DNA of 64,000 nt from Bdellovibrionota bacterium (GTDB lineage Bacteria > Bdellovibrionota_C > UBA2361 > CALJRW01). Positions 1-10,349 of the stretch are shown piece by piece. The notes under the pieces were generated by a model that was not told the DNA's origin, did not search any database, and saw only the letters and a list, made by a program, of their open reading frames with translations. Position 1 is the stretch's first letter, and each line of letters begins with the position of its first letter. Location: contig JBGSMD010000016.1 in NCBI GenBank assembly GCA_041740355.1, positions 188,936-252,935 of the forward strand, in the 5' to 3' direction. The position numbers were made by a program, and so were the translations under genes.

Positions 1-1271
1 AGACGCTTAAAGTTCTTAGACTGAGAAAAAACTGCAAGTTTCCAGGCAGGTGAGGTATACTGATTATTTGGTTTATCTAGAAAAAATGCATTCGCTGCAG
101 CAATAGTTGAAATGCTTTGATATATTTTCCTAATTTGCTCTAAGCGCTTAAGCTGTCCATCAAGTTGGTTAATTTCAGTTTCTAAGTCATTCGCTAATAA
201 ACCATATTCTATTGCGACGTTGTAACGGCCACGCTTAATCTCTAAGTCAATTTTATTTTGTAAATCTGCGTAGATATTATATTTAGTACCTCGGCAAGAC
301 TTCCAACTACTCAGTAAGCCCGGCCATGAAATCCCATCTTCATCACGAAAACCACCAAAAAGATCATCAATGTCTTTTGGAGAAGACTTTAAGTTTGGTT
401 GCTGTCCTGTTCTGGTAGAGCTCCATTTACTTACATTATAATCTGGCTTTGTTAGTAAGGTAGTTACCCAATTTTTAGTATACTCGACTAATATATCATT
501 TTGTTCTTTAAGATTTGAAAAATATGGTGTTCCACTTTCACAAAGGTTGGATAAATTCCCTTTGGTATTATCTAAGTCTGCTCCGGAGTCTAATCTAGAA
601 ACATCATGTAAGATTTCTTCCTGATTTGAAAGCAAGGCAATTTTTAAATTTAAGAAATGATCAAAACCAAGGACTGTAAGTGTTGAACTCGGATTAGTGA
701 TCGCAACTTTTAAATCTTTGGAGTGCTTCTGAATTTTTACTTTGTTTTGAGTAACCAGATCCTTTAAATTAATAATTTCCTGATTCAATTGAGCAATCAT
801 CAAGGAAAGTGCTTTGCGGCGGTTTTGAAAATGCTGTCCATAATTGCCACTCGAAAGTGTTTCCTCACTAAATTCGATTCCTGCCTGCTGACGATAATAA
901 TCAGACATGCTCACAAGTTGATTGCTAAATTCTACTATGTTTGGATAAATATCCAGCTGAGCTTTTACTGAATAAAGGTCAAGTAATTTTTGCTCTAACT
1001 TTGTCTCTACTTCATTTAAGACTTGTTCTTTACTGTTATTATCTTGTTTTAAGTCAGCTTCGTAAGAGGATAAATAATCTAGTTTACTATCGATTTGAGA
1101 TTGATTTTTTTGGTAATAACTACTTAGCTTGTTTTGACTTTCAATCAAAAGGTTTGCCGCGTTATCAAGGGTATAACGCGCCTGAGGAGTTAGAGATGAA
1201 CTCTGCGCCAGACAGACAGAATGACCAACTATTAAGATAACTAAACTTAGTGAGGATATTATTTTCAACAT
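1..1271 (-). CDS. Secreted hypothetical protein, >420 aa, runs off the left edge (not in ORF track)
   Basis: Manual minus-strand translation from ATG at 1271 (MLKIISSLSLVILIVGHSVCLAQ..., signal-peptide-like) stays open to position 1. Confidence 0.8.
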   Translation of the reverse strand, partial: MLKIISSLSLVILIVGHSVCLAQSSSLTPQARYTLDNAANLLIESQNKLSSYYQKNQSQIDSKLDYLSSYEADLKQDNNSKEQVLNEVETKLEQKLLDLYSVKAQLDIYPNIVEFSNQLVSMSDYYRQQAGIEFSEETLSSGNYGQHFQNRRKALSLMIAQLNQEIINLKDLVTQNKVKIQKHSKDLKVAITNPSSTLTVLGFDHFLNLKIALLSNQEEILHDVSRLDSGADLDNTKGNLSNLCESGTPYFSNLKEQNDILVEYTKNWVTTLLTKPDYNVSKWSSTRTGQQPNLKSSPKDIDDLFGGFRDEDGISWPGLLSSWKSCRGTKYNIYADLQNKIDLEIKRGRYNVAIEYGLLANDLETEINQLDGQLKRLEQIRKIYQSISTIAAANAFFLDKPNNQYTSPAWKLAVFSQSKNFKR

Positions 1272-1526
1272 ACAACCTTTAGAAACAAAACCTATGTCTT
1301 AGCTAATCTGTCCAAAAACTTAATCTGCTTCTATCGATTTTTTTAGAATTTAAAGGCCTCCATTTTATATAGTTACAAAAACTGATTAATATTATTATCC
1401 TGTGTAATTCTAAGTAGTTACAACTCGCAATCTTAATAAATATACTTAATTTAACTTCAGTTTACTAATACACCACTTGGGTAATAAGTGCCCTTTACTA
1501 TGAAATACTATGGCAAATAGGTGAAA

Positions 1527-1838
1527 TTAAAATACAAAATCAACCAGTGCTCCGACAGCACGAAATGGCAAGGCAATCACATCTCCCACAAAACCTACAG
1601 TACAACTTAATACCCCACCACAGCCATCATCTTCCGCTACTTCCAATTCACCAGAACTGACAGTTCGAGTGACTGTTCTTTCCTGCTCTCCGGTATTGGA
1701 ATCAATCATGACAGTTTCGCTTGATTGACTAGTGGTGGTTCGATCTTGAGAACTACAGGCAACTAAAGTCATAAAAAATGATAATGCTAGTATAAAAACA
1801 ATTCTTCGATAAATATTTAATTTCATTTTAGTCTGCAA
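1527..1838 (-). CDS. Small lipoprotein
   Basis: Lipobox LVAC after a hydrophobic stretch; likely start ATG at 1826. Confidence 0.7.
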   Translation of the reverse strand: MQTKMKLNIYRRIVFILALSFFMTLVACSSQDRTTTSQSSETVMIDSNTGEQERTVTRTVSSGELEVAEDDGCGGVLSCTVGFVGDVIALPFRAVGALVDFVF

Positions 1839-2148
1839 TTTAAAGTAATAGCATATAATGCCAAAATAAATCTCTTTCGCGTATGATAAAGATCAGACGA
1901 AGTGGCTGTCTTTGGTTAACTTCTCTTACAAAATCCAGAATTTGGAATATTACATTATAAAGCTTAAGCAGTGAGGTTGATAAAGAATGATTAAATTTGA
2001 CAGAGCCGTGATCTTTATCTTTTTTTTGTATTAACTATTATCAGGATTACTACTAAAATATTGAATTAGAATTTACTTGATACTCGAGAAACACCGAATA
2101 ATTCAAATTTTAGTTTAATCCAAGCCTTTTTAATATAAATAGATTAGT

Positions 2149-2850
2149 ATGCTATCCATGAAACAGTCATTGGAACATCGCCCGCTTGCGGAAGAAAGAA
2201 TGGACTCTCTTGTTCTCTCTAAAAATGAAATGCTTGGCGTAGAGCAGGCTTTAAACCGCATAAATTATCTCAGTGGCAACTTCTTTCGGATTGCGCACTG
2301 GTTACGTGACGAATACCGGAAGAAAAACTCAGCAGAGTTTTCCTTTGCTGATATTGGTTGTGGTGGAGGTGGTTTGCTTCGATATTTAGAAAGTTATGCC
2401 CGTAGAAATAATTTCAAAGTAAAGTTTTATGGGATAGATTTAAATGAAACTTTAATCTCGATCGCTAACTCTTATAATACGAAAGAAGAAAGCATTAATT
2501 ATTCCAGAAATTGCTTAGAGCAAACAGACAGTACTTACTCACTTATCAATACTAATCTAGTTTTACATCACTTGTTACCTGAAGAAATTCAAGCATTTCT
2601 TAAATTAACTAAAGAAAGAGCTACAGTTGGAACCCGCCATGAAGATTTACTGCGTTCTCGAAGAGGCTTATATTTGGCAAGTATTTTCCCAAAACTTGTT
2701 ACAAAAAGTGCGGTTGTTCATCATGACGCCAAAGTTTCTGTTTATCGTTCCTACTCACGAGAACAGTGGAAACTGATGGCAAATGAATCTGGTTATGAAT
2801 TTAAAGCAATCTTTCCGGAAAGAGCATTATTAACAACGAAAGTTAAATGA
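2149..2850 (+). CDS. Class I SAM-dependent methyltransferase
   Basis: DIGCGGG motif I, GIDLN, LVLHHL; E-x-MD N-terminal motif of the type III PKS-associated family. Confidence 0.85.
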   Translation: MLSMKQSLEHRPLAEERMDSLVLSKNEMLGVEQALNRINYLSGNFFRIAHWLRDEYRKKNSAEFSFADIGCGGGGLLRYLESYARRNNFKVKFYGIDLNETLISIANSYNTKEESINYSRNCLEQTDSTYSLINTNLVLHHLLPEEIQAFLKLTKERATVGTRHEDLLRSRRGLYLASIFPKLVTKSAVVHHDAKVSVYRSYSREQWKLMANESGYEFKAIFPERALLTTKVK

Positions 2851-3905
2851 AATCTGCTTCGCCAAAAATAGCCATTATTGGTGCGGGGATTGCCGGAAGT
2901 TTTTTATCCTGCCTATTAGCAAAAAAGGGGTTTCAGAAAATTTCATTATTTGAAAAAAAATCACTTGTAGTTGATCATCTGCTAGGTAAAGTTTGTGGTG
3001 GATGTCTACATAAATCAGCTGTCAAAATTCTCAAAAAATACGATCTTGGTGAATTTATTCAGCCGGAGATGAAAATTAATTTTGTGACTCTAGTTTCTCC
3101 GGAGCAAAAGATCTCCTTTAATTATAATCATGGTGTATGGATTAATCGCAAAGCTTTGGATGATGGATTAAGGAATCATGCCGTAAACTTAGGTGTCGAA
3201 TTAATTAACCATCAAGCAAAGATTCTTGATCTAAATGGCACGATTGCATTTGAAAACACGGAGCAGAGCTTTGATTTGATTATTGACGCTGGTGGTATTG
3301 GCGGCAAAGCACTTCCCGCATGGGAAGAATCAGAAAGAAAAGAAAGTGGATTTGGTTTTCAGGGATATATTCCGGCAGAAAGCTTAAAAGCTTTAAACTC
3401 AATAAATTTAGAAACTGGTGAAGTTAGATTTTATTTAGATGATACCGGTTATCATGGAGTGGTAAGAGCTGAAGGTTTAAAACCTTATCTGCATGTGGCA
3501 TCCTATCTTAAAGGTAAAAAACTTCAGACATCCCCTTTTCTTAAACAATTCTTCTCCCTTGAAGAGCTTTTAGAAAAGTCAGCAACAGAAACTCTTTATC
3601 GGAAAAGACTTCCGGCCAAGGGAAGGGTTTTGCTCTGTGGTGATTCGCTTGGGTATCCCGAACCCTTTACCGGTGAAGGGATGTACTTTGCGATTAATAC
3701 TGCTGAGAGATTAGCGAACTTGATTGATCAGCAAATAACTATGGATCAGATGGTAAGCAAGTGGCAAGACCAAGTGATTAGTATTCAGCAGAGACAATGG
3801 CGGCGATGCCAAATGGCGACCTGGATGATTAATAGTTCCCTAAAAAGAAAACTTATCTTTCCACTTATTCCCTACTTAGCACCGGTGGTCACAAAACTTT
3901 GGTAA
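2847..3905 (+). CDS. FAD-dependent oxidoreductase, geranylgeranyl reductase-like
   Basis: GAGIAG Rossmann motif, KVCGG, GD..G..EPFTGEGM; ATGA overlap with upstream gene. Confidence 0.85.
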   Translation: MKSASPKIAIIGAGIAGSFLSCLLAKKGFQKISLFEKKSLVVDHLLGKVCGGCLHKSAVKILKKYDLGEFIQPEMKINFVTLVSPEQKISFNYNHGVWINRKALDDGLRNHAVNLGVELINHQAKILDLNGTIAFENTEQSFDLIIDAGGIGGKALPAWEESERKESGFGFQGYIPAESLKALNSINLETGEVRFYLDDTGYHGVVRAEGLKPYLHVASYLKGKKLQTSPFLKQFFSLEELLEKSATETLYRKRLPAKGRVLLCGDSLGYPEPFTGEGMYFAINTAERLANLIDQQITMDQMVSKWQDQVISIQQRQWRRCQMATWMINSSLKRKLIFPLIPYLAPVVTKLW

Positions 3906-4000
3906 AAAATGAAAATCTAATAACCTTATTCCATTTTATTCTATTTATTTTGAAAAAAGTATTGCCTTTATGATCCCTAGCATTACATAGACACGATCAT

Positions 4001-4369
4001 TTAAGTAATAAACTTACAGGAAATCCCCAGCGACTGCGATTCGATCAGGTTTTTAATCTTTTCCAAATCAAAATTTGGCATTACATGTCTAACTCTCAAT
4101 TGAATCTCTGTTGCATTACCTTTGGAAAAACCAATCCCAAGGTAATGGCTTTCAGGATCATATTCAACACCGATCGCCTCTAATTCATTCTCTAAATTTA
4201 ACATGATTAAGGCATGAGAACTACTACTGAATCGAATAAAAGTGATCCCTTTAACTTCACTAATTAAAAATGCCTGTGTTTGATCAAATTGATAGTGTCC
4301 AAGAACCGGAAGGCTTTTAAGTTGATTAAGGATAATTTCATCTTTTCTTTTTTCAGAAAACATATTCAT
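4001..4369 (-). CDS. Hypothetical protein
   Basis: 122-aa ORF, no recognised motif. Confidence 0.6.
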   Translation of the reverse strand: MNMFSEKRKDEIILNQLKSLPVLGHYQFDQTQAFLISEVKGITFIRFSSSSHALIMLNLENELEAIGVEYDPESHYLGIGFSKGNATEIQLRVRHVMPNFDLEKIKNLIESQSLGISCKFIT

Positions 4370-4504
4370 ATTTTATCCTACAGTTGTCAGATTCGAGCTG
4401 CCTCAATTAAACGTCAATCATAAATAATCAAACTTGGAAATTTTCTTTTATTTAGTAATTAAATTGCTCTTAAGAAAATTTGAAATTTAGTAAAAGTAAA
4501 AAAT

Positions 4505-5431
4505 TTAAATATTCTCTGGGCGGACTAACTTTTCCTCATTATCCACTTGGTCAATAAAACCAATAATGTCCTTTGGTTTAATCCTTAAAAAAGCTGTATT
4601 AACTCCAACCATATCTCGAATAGTATCAATTAAATCTTCTGCTGTTGGGTTCTGATGAAGCCGAATCGCATTATATACAAATGCAACTGCAGGCGGAATA
4701 TCGTCCTTTCTATAGTGTTGATAATCTTCCACGAAATCTAGAGCCCCGCCACCAATCTTAATAACCACTGGAGCATGTTCTTTTGCGAGAGGTTCCAAAC
4801 TTGTCTGAATATTTTCTAGAATACTTCTTGATTTTTCTGGTAGATCACTTCTTTCTAATAATCCCGGAATAGTTAGTAACATCCGGTGTCCTGCCTCTCC
4901 AACTGTCCTCATTGCATAGCTAGCAGCAGTCCAAAATTGACCTGTTCCAAAGACTCTCTCTCCTGTTCGATCTTTTATGTCTAGATCCAGTCCCGGAACC
5001 TCATATGATTTATCCCCTAGCACCTCATGACAAATACGCCGAAACTCTGGCCAATTGCTTTCATTGACTGGGGCTGACTCGCGGTTGATTCCTCGTTCTA
5101 AAATACTATCCAAATGCTGTTTATTTGTTCCATGAAAAATTATGGGCTGAGTTTTAATGTATTCAATGAACTGGCCAATATTTTTAAGTGTGATGATTGT
5201 CTCTGCTTGGATCTCTTGGGTATTAACAGTTGGATTTTCAGACCGCGACTCTCCCCTTTGAAAAATAGCAGGCTTAGTAATACCCACAAACTCATCCCTA
5301 GAATTTCCTAAGACATTTTCCGACCCAAGCGCAACTGAAGATGATGCATCTGGCGCTGGTTCGACGGCAAGGGAGCAAGGGGGTTTATTCTGATACATAT
5401 TCATTTGTAGAATATCTGCAAAAACATGCAA
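4505..5431 (-). CDS. Hypothetical protein with ADP-ribosyltransferase-like motifs
   Basis: IIFHGT...ILERGI and F-x-T...A-x-x-YA resemble the His-type ART NAD-binding core. Confidence 0.5.
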   Translation of the reverse strand: MHVFADILQMNMYQNKPPCSLAVEPAPDASSSVALGSENVLGNSRDEFVGITKPAIFQRGESRSENPTVNTQEIQAETIITLKNIGQFIEYIKTQPIIFHGTNKQHLDSILERGINRESAPVNESNWPEFRRICHEVLGDKSYEVPGLDLDIKDRTGERVFGTGQFWTAASYAMRTVGEAGHRMLLTIPGLLERSDLPEKSRSILENIQTSLEPLAKEHAPVVIKIGGGALDFVEDYQHYRKDDIPPAVAFVYNAIRLHQNPTAEDLIDTIRDMVGVNTAFLRIKPKDIIGFIDQVDNEEKLVRPENI

Positions 5432-5540
5432 TCTGCTCCAATTAATAAAATTAGCTATTTTAAGGTAACGCTAACAAAGAATTACGTGGTTAAAATTACT
5501 TATGAGCTATGCTGAGAGTATAAGCAATTCTAGAGCTAGG

Positions 5541-6572
5541 CTAATCAAGATGCTCAAAACCCTGCGTCGTGATAACTTTTAAAGTCGCAGGCAAAGTGAA
5601 GTCGTTTTTTCCTGTAGCACTGTAAGTTCCATTAGCACCTTTAAAATCTTTAACAGTGTGCAGATACTTATTTAAATCTCCACTATTAAAACCTTCAATA
5701 ATCATTTTTGAAATATCAAAAGCGTTAATTGCACCACTTGCAGGCAGAGTATGATACTTTTCTTCATAAAGATCATAAAATTCTTGCCCTTCACGATCGT
5801 TTCCAGTTACATAGTAAGAATTTAGCAAGGCTCCATTTGAAACTTTTACTTCATTAGGATCTTCCAAATTAGGAGCTCCGAAGATGTCTCCTTGATATCC
5901 AGCCTTTCGAAGTTCTTTTGACAGAAGACTTGTTTGCGGTGCCCACAAAAGATTATAGGTAGCAGTAGGATTTAACTGTTTGATTTTACTTGCAACTGCT
6001 TTAAAATCAGTTTCTTCAGGATTAAACTCCTTCTGATAAACAATATTTTTTTGACTCTTAGAAAATAGTTCTTTTAATTTCAGCATCGAGTCATTTGTTG
6101 TGGCTACTACAGCGTATGAGCTGTACTGCTTAATTTCCAGATATTGCCGCAATGCTTCGTCGATAGCATCAGCGGTCACAAAATGCTTAACTACAAACTC
6201 TTTGTCTTTTACTACGGAATCAAGCATTGAAATTGCAATCATCGGAATTTTTTTTCCTTCTGCAATTGGAGCCACAGCTAAAGAAGTCGGCGTGCCAAAA
6301 ACGATTAAAGCAGTAACTTTATCTACCTGAATCAGTTTCATTACTGCATTAACAGTATTTTTTGGTTTTAATTGATCATCTTCAAAAATAAATTCAATCT
6401 TTTGATCTGGATCAAATTTTTCACTGCTTAAAGTAACCGCATTCTTAATACTAAGCCCATTAGAGCTGGCTCCTCCCGTTAAGGGCACAACTACTCCAAC
6501 TTTAGTAATAGTATTCTCAGCTAATATAGGAAAAGAGACTAATAATAATAAAACTATTTTTATTAAATTCAT
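5541..6572 (-). CDS. ABC transporter substrate-binding protein, LivJ/LivK-like (orphan)
   Basis: Signal peptide, KVGVVVPLTG, FEDDQ, TDFK, FKGANG. Confidence 0.85.
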   Translation of the reverse strand: MNLIKIVLLLLVSFPILAENTITKVGVVVPLTGGASSNGLSIKNAVTLSSEKFDPDQKIEFIFEDDQLKPKNTVNAVMKLIQVDKVTALIVFGTPTSLAVAPIAEGKKIPMIAISMLDSVVKDKEFVVKHFVTADAIDEALRQYLEIKQYSSYAVVATTNDSMLKLKELFSKSQKNIVYQKEFNPEETDFKAVASKIKQLNPTATYNLLWAPQTSLLSKELRKAGYQGDIFGAPNLEDPNEVKVSNGALLNSYYVTGNDREGQEFYDLYEEKYHTLPASGAINAFDISKMIIEGFNSGDLNKYLHTVKDFKGANGTYSATGKNDFTLPATLKVITTQGFEHLD

Positions 6573-6984
6573 TTAATTTCTAAACTGTAACAATAATCTT
6601 GGAGGAAGCATTTGTTTATTACTTTAAGAAAATGCCTGACTAAATACTCTTACCATAATTGAAATATTATAAAACTCATTTTATTATTATGAACATTTAC
6701 CACTCAAAGTATCGACGGTCCCTAACTCTGACTCGATAGTCATTCTTATCCCATTATTAAGGATCTCACTACCGATTAGCTACGTGATTAGAATTTGAAG
6801 TGTGAATTAACTCCCTGATTTCCCATCGATTAGGCAGACAAATCTGAAAAAGTTAAGCTAGGATTGACATAAATTAGTTTGAAGCATTACTGTTCTACCA
6901 GCTGATATATTCTAGCGAAAGATTATTTGCCTGTATCAACTCAGCAATCGTACTATTTCGCAAAGCGCAATATTTATAGGCTTA

Positions 6985-9276
6985 TTAAATAGTAGAGTTG
7001 CACCTTACCCATTCAATTAGGTCATGCCTAGTAACTCCCGGAATCTGACTAATAAGCCTTGCGAAGCCCTGATTAGAATCAAAAGACTGTCCATTAGTTT
7101 TCTGAACTGCAGGATTAGATTCATTTGGAAAATGAAGGTGATATTGTCTTAACACTTTATTGCGAGTCTCCATTACTCTTTCTATGCTATTGGGTTTTTG
7201 AGGTTTGTTGTAAGTATAGTATTTGGAAGCCAAATTTATTAAACTTTTTCTGATATCAGAATTTCCCCTTTTCTCCATTTCGCAACACCAGGACTCGATT
7301 ACAGCTGACATTAAAGAGTGCTGACCTGATAAAGTAATGAAAATAGCGACAGGCTCTTCTGGTGAAATCGATCCTAATTTAAAAATTTTATCTAATCCTT
7401 CCTGTGCTGCTGGTAATGACGTTCGCTCTTCTGATTTCCAAGCAGCATGATAACGAATCAGCGTATGAGCTTTAATTACATCTGCCCTCCCTTGATAATT
7501 ATTTCTCCAAAATCCTGAAAGCTTCTCTGATTTAGAACTAATGTAAGTATCAACTGCCCTAAAGATCAAGTTGTTTTGTTGCGCCACTTTTTCTGCATAA
7601 TCTAAATGCCAGTTAACAAACATGTCTTCAGTTAAAATTAATTTATTTTCATAAAGTAATTTTTTAACCCACGGTAAAGGTATAGTAACTTTACCAGCGA
7701 CATAATCGTTTACATTCTGTATACTAAGACCCGCACGACTGGTAGCAGCAGCAATCCCATCTCCTAAAGCTTTTTGGGAAGTCGCTTTAAAAGTATTTGC
7801 TAATACGTCACAACTTCTAATATCAAAAAGTTTAATCCAAGAGTTAACAACATCAATCGATTTTTTATCGCCAACTCTTGTAATGGTATCAAGCAAATCT
7901 CGAGATTCAATTACTTCACTCATCTTCGGAAATTTTATAACTGGAAATTTTTTGCTTATAGATTTTGGCAAGTCAGAAAGCTGCAATCCATATTGCAACA
8001 TGAGTTGATAGGCATATCCTAATTCTTTTCCCTGCTGTTCTGAGGTTCTTTCTCTAGCTGAAAGAACTTGCTCCATAAGATCTTCGACTTGTCCAATTTC
8101 TTTACAAGCTAGACAGAGTAAAGCATGAAATGAAAACTGCGCATTCCCGAGTCTGAGGTTATTAATAATTGGAAAAATTTCACTTGGCTTAATAGAAGTG
8201 TTAAAAATAACTGCTAGTGTATTAGTTGTAATGGAATTATTGGTAAGTGCCTCCCTAATTTTCTCGACTACCTTGATACTTTCATTAACTGCTGGAAGTG
8301 ATTCAATTAGTAAAGATCTATTGTTTAGATATGTTGCAGTAACTTCAGAAGTCACCTTTGCTTCAACAAGCCCTCGAGTTATTTTTTGCGTGGCTTCAGC
8401 ATTTAGTTCAAGTCTCATTAAGGATCTAATTGCAGTATGGCCAATCTGATATCGCTCGGCCATTTTATCTCTAGCTGCTTCTCCTTCGATCGAAGCTAAA
8501 GATTTAAATATTAAAGCTAACTGTTCAGCATTCGTTAGCTTTTTTCCTTTTGCTTCCCAGGCTACTTTTTCATCACTAATCCAAGCTTCAAATAACTCTT
8601 CGACAAATGGATGCTCCATTAAAGAATCTCTTGCCTGATGATACAAGCCAAACTCATTTTTTATATCAAATTCAATGATTTTCTTAACTAAATTAATATT
8701 ATCAATTAGTTTCCCAGCATAACCTTCCCGATCTCTATGTCGAATAGTATCAATTGTTATTCCTGCTACTTGATTTATTGTTTCTTCCCCATAGAAGTAA
8801 ATTAGCCTCGCAATAAAACGGTTGGTGAATGATTTAAAAGGTGTTACTTGAGTTAAGAGATTGCTTGCTTCCAATCTAAATGCTTGAATTAATCCAAAAA
8901 TTTCTGAATCGTCTCTAGAAAAAATCTTAGGCCATTCGTTAACTAATTTTGAATAAGTAATGGTTCGAGCCTTACCATCTTCTGCATTCTTTATAGCTTG
9001 GTGACTATTAAGCTCAGAAACTTGACCATATTGTTTTTTAGATAAATCTAAGATTAAGGTTCTTACCACCACACAAAGATACCCAAGTTGACCTAATGGA
9101 TTTTTTTCATTTTCTATCCAAGCCTTTTCTAAGTCTTTATTATGTCGTTCGTGGTGACTTTTTATTCGAACCCAATGAGTAGATATCTGATAGAGAGCAC
9201 CCATCACGGGACATTTTTTTATTACTTGAATGTTTAAATCGGGATTTGCAGGTTTTAATTGGGGAATGAAATACAT
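6985..9276 (-). CDS. Large hypothetical protein, possibly with several degenerate HTH-like segments
   Basis: 763-aa ORF; segments such as AAATSRAGLSIQNVNDYVAGKVTIP resemble Cro/XRE HTH. Confidence 0.6.
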   Translation of the reverse strand: MYFIPQLKPANPDLNIQVIKKCPVMGALYQISTHWVRIKSHHERHNKDLEKAWIENEKNPLGQLGYLCVVVRTLILDLSKKQYGQVSELNSHQAIKNAEDGKARTITYSKLVNEWPKIFSRDDSEIFGLIQAFRLEASNLLTQVTPFKSFTNRFIARLIYFYGEETINQVAGITIDTIRHRDREGYAGKLIDNINLVKKIIEFDIKNEFGLYHQARDSLMEHPFVEELFEAWISDEKVAWEAKGKKLTNAEQLALIFKSLASIEGEAARDKMAERYQIGHTAIRSLMRLELNAEATQKITRGLVEAKVTSEVTATYLNNRSLLIESLPAVNESIKVVEKIREALTNNSITTNTLAVIFNTSIKPSEIFPIINNLRLGNAQFSFHALLCLACKEIGQVEDLMEQVLSARERTSEQQGKELGYAYQLMLQYGLQLSDLPKSISKKFPVIKFPKMSEVIESRDLLDTITRVGDKKSIDVVNSWIKLFDIRSCDVLANTFKATSQKALGDGIAAATSRAGLSIQNVNDYVAGKVTIPLPWVKKLLYENKLILTEDMFVNWHLDYAEKVAQQNNLIFRAVDTYISSKSEKLSGFWRNNYQGRADVIKAHTLIRYHAAWKSEERTSLPAAQEGLDKIFKLGSISPEEPVAIFITLSGQHSLMSAVIESWCCEMEKRGNSDIRKSLINLASKYYTYNKPQKPNSIERVMETRNKVLRQYHLHFPNESNPAVQKTNGQSFDSNQGFARLISQIPGVTRHDLIEWVRCNSTI

Positions 9277-9610
9277 ACTGACTTACTACTTAAGTTAGTA
9301 ATATTAATACCTTATTAATCTTAGTCAATAAAATTAATTTAAATTTTAACAAACCTTATATTTAGTTTGTTAAATCATGGGCGCCTGGCTTCTGCAATAA
9401 TCACATACTTTAGATGCAGAAAATAAAGGTTGATAAGATTATAGGCAGAATTGTAATCTTTACCACAGAACTTAATAGAACATAGTAAAAATAATACTCT
9501 AAAGCTTAGTTTAGTGTCATAGATTCCCATTGACCACTACAATAAAATCTAAGATAGTATAGCTGCTTGTATCTTCCAAATAACAATTTCTAATTTAGGC
9601 GAAACTCAAC

Positions 9611-10030
9611 ATGAAAAAACTCTTATTCTTACTTTCATTATTGTTATCAACTAATATCGTTCTAGCCGAAACTATTTGCGAGCAACGCTATAATAACTAT
9701 TTATTAACTAATGATTATAATTATTCTCAATTAGCTAGTGAATGTGATCCTGATTCAGCTGTTAGCGATTCCGAATTTGTACTAAGTTTAGATTGCCAAG
9801 AAAAATATGATCAGTTAGGAATTTCTTCTTCTCAGGAGTTAGCTTTAATTACGGATGATTGTCCGGAGATCTCTCAAATCTTGGAAACTTTTCAGTTTGA
9901 TCTCAATTCTGAAGATAGTCCAAGCCTACAAAGCTTAACTAAGCGTCAATTGATTAAGAAAGTAAAAAAACTTCGGGAAAAAAATAAAAACTTAAAGAAT
10001 CGATTACAAGAAAGATGTGCCAATAATTAG
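9611..10030 (+). CDS. Secreted hypothetical protein
   Basis: Signal peptide; basic coiled-coil C-terminus. Confidence 0.7.
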   Translation: MKKLLFLLSLLLSTNIVLAETICEQRYNNYLLTNDYNYSQLASECDPDSAVSDSEFVLSLDCQEKYDQLGISSSQELALITDDCPEISQILETFQFDLNSEDSPSLQSLTKRQLIKKVKKLREKNKNLKNRLQERCANN

Positions 10031-10349
10031 CTTGATTACATATTTGAGTATTAATTTTCCGGACTGTTTGCTTAGCCTTAAGCTTAGCGTGAAGACATAA
10101 CAGGCTACAAAAGAGTTTAAACAACCCAAGGGATTTCTACCACTTGGCTTAATAGTTGATCAGTTTTAAACCTTTAATACTGCAGCAAAAAGTCGCCAGG
10201 CAATTGGTAAAATACACTTTAGCGCAGTCACTTCAATCACTTACAGCTATGCAGATATAGATATGAAACTAATTTAATTCGGATACTGCTTCCCCCACTT
10301 AAAGCAAATGATAACCAAGGTTTTCTTCGATGCTTTTGTTTTCAATTAA

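Noticed and set aside
789-1240. Plus-strand ORFs 789-971 and 941-1240
   Set aside because: Antisense shadows of the long minus-strand ORF 1-1271.
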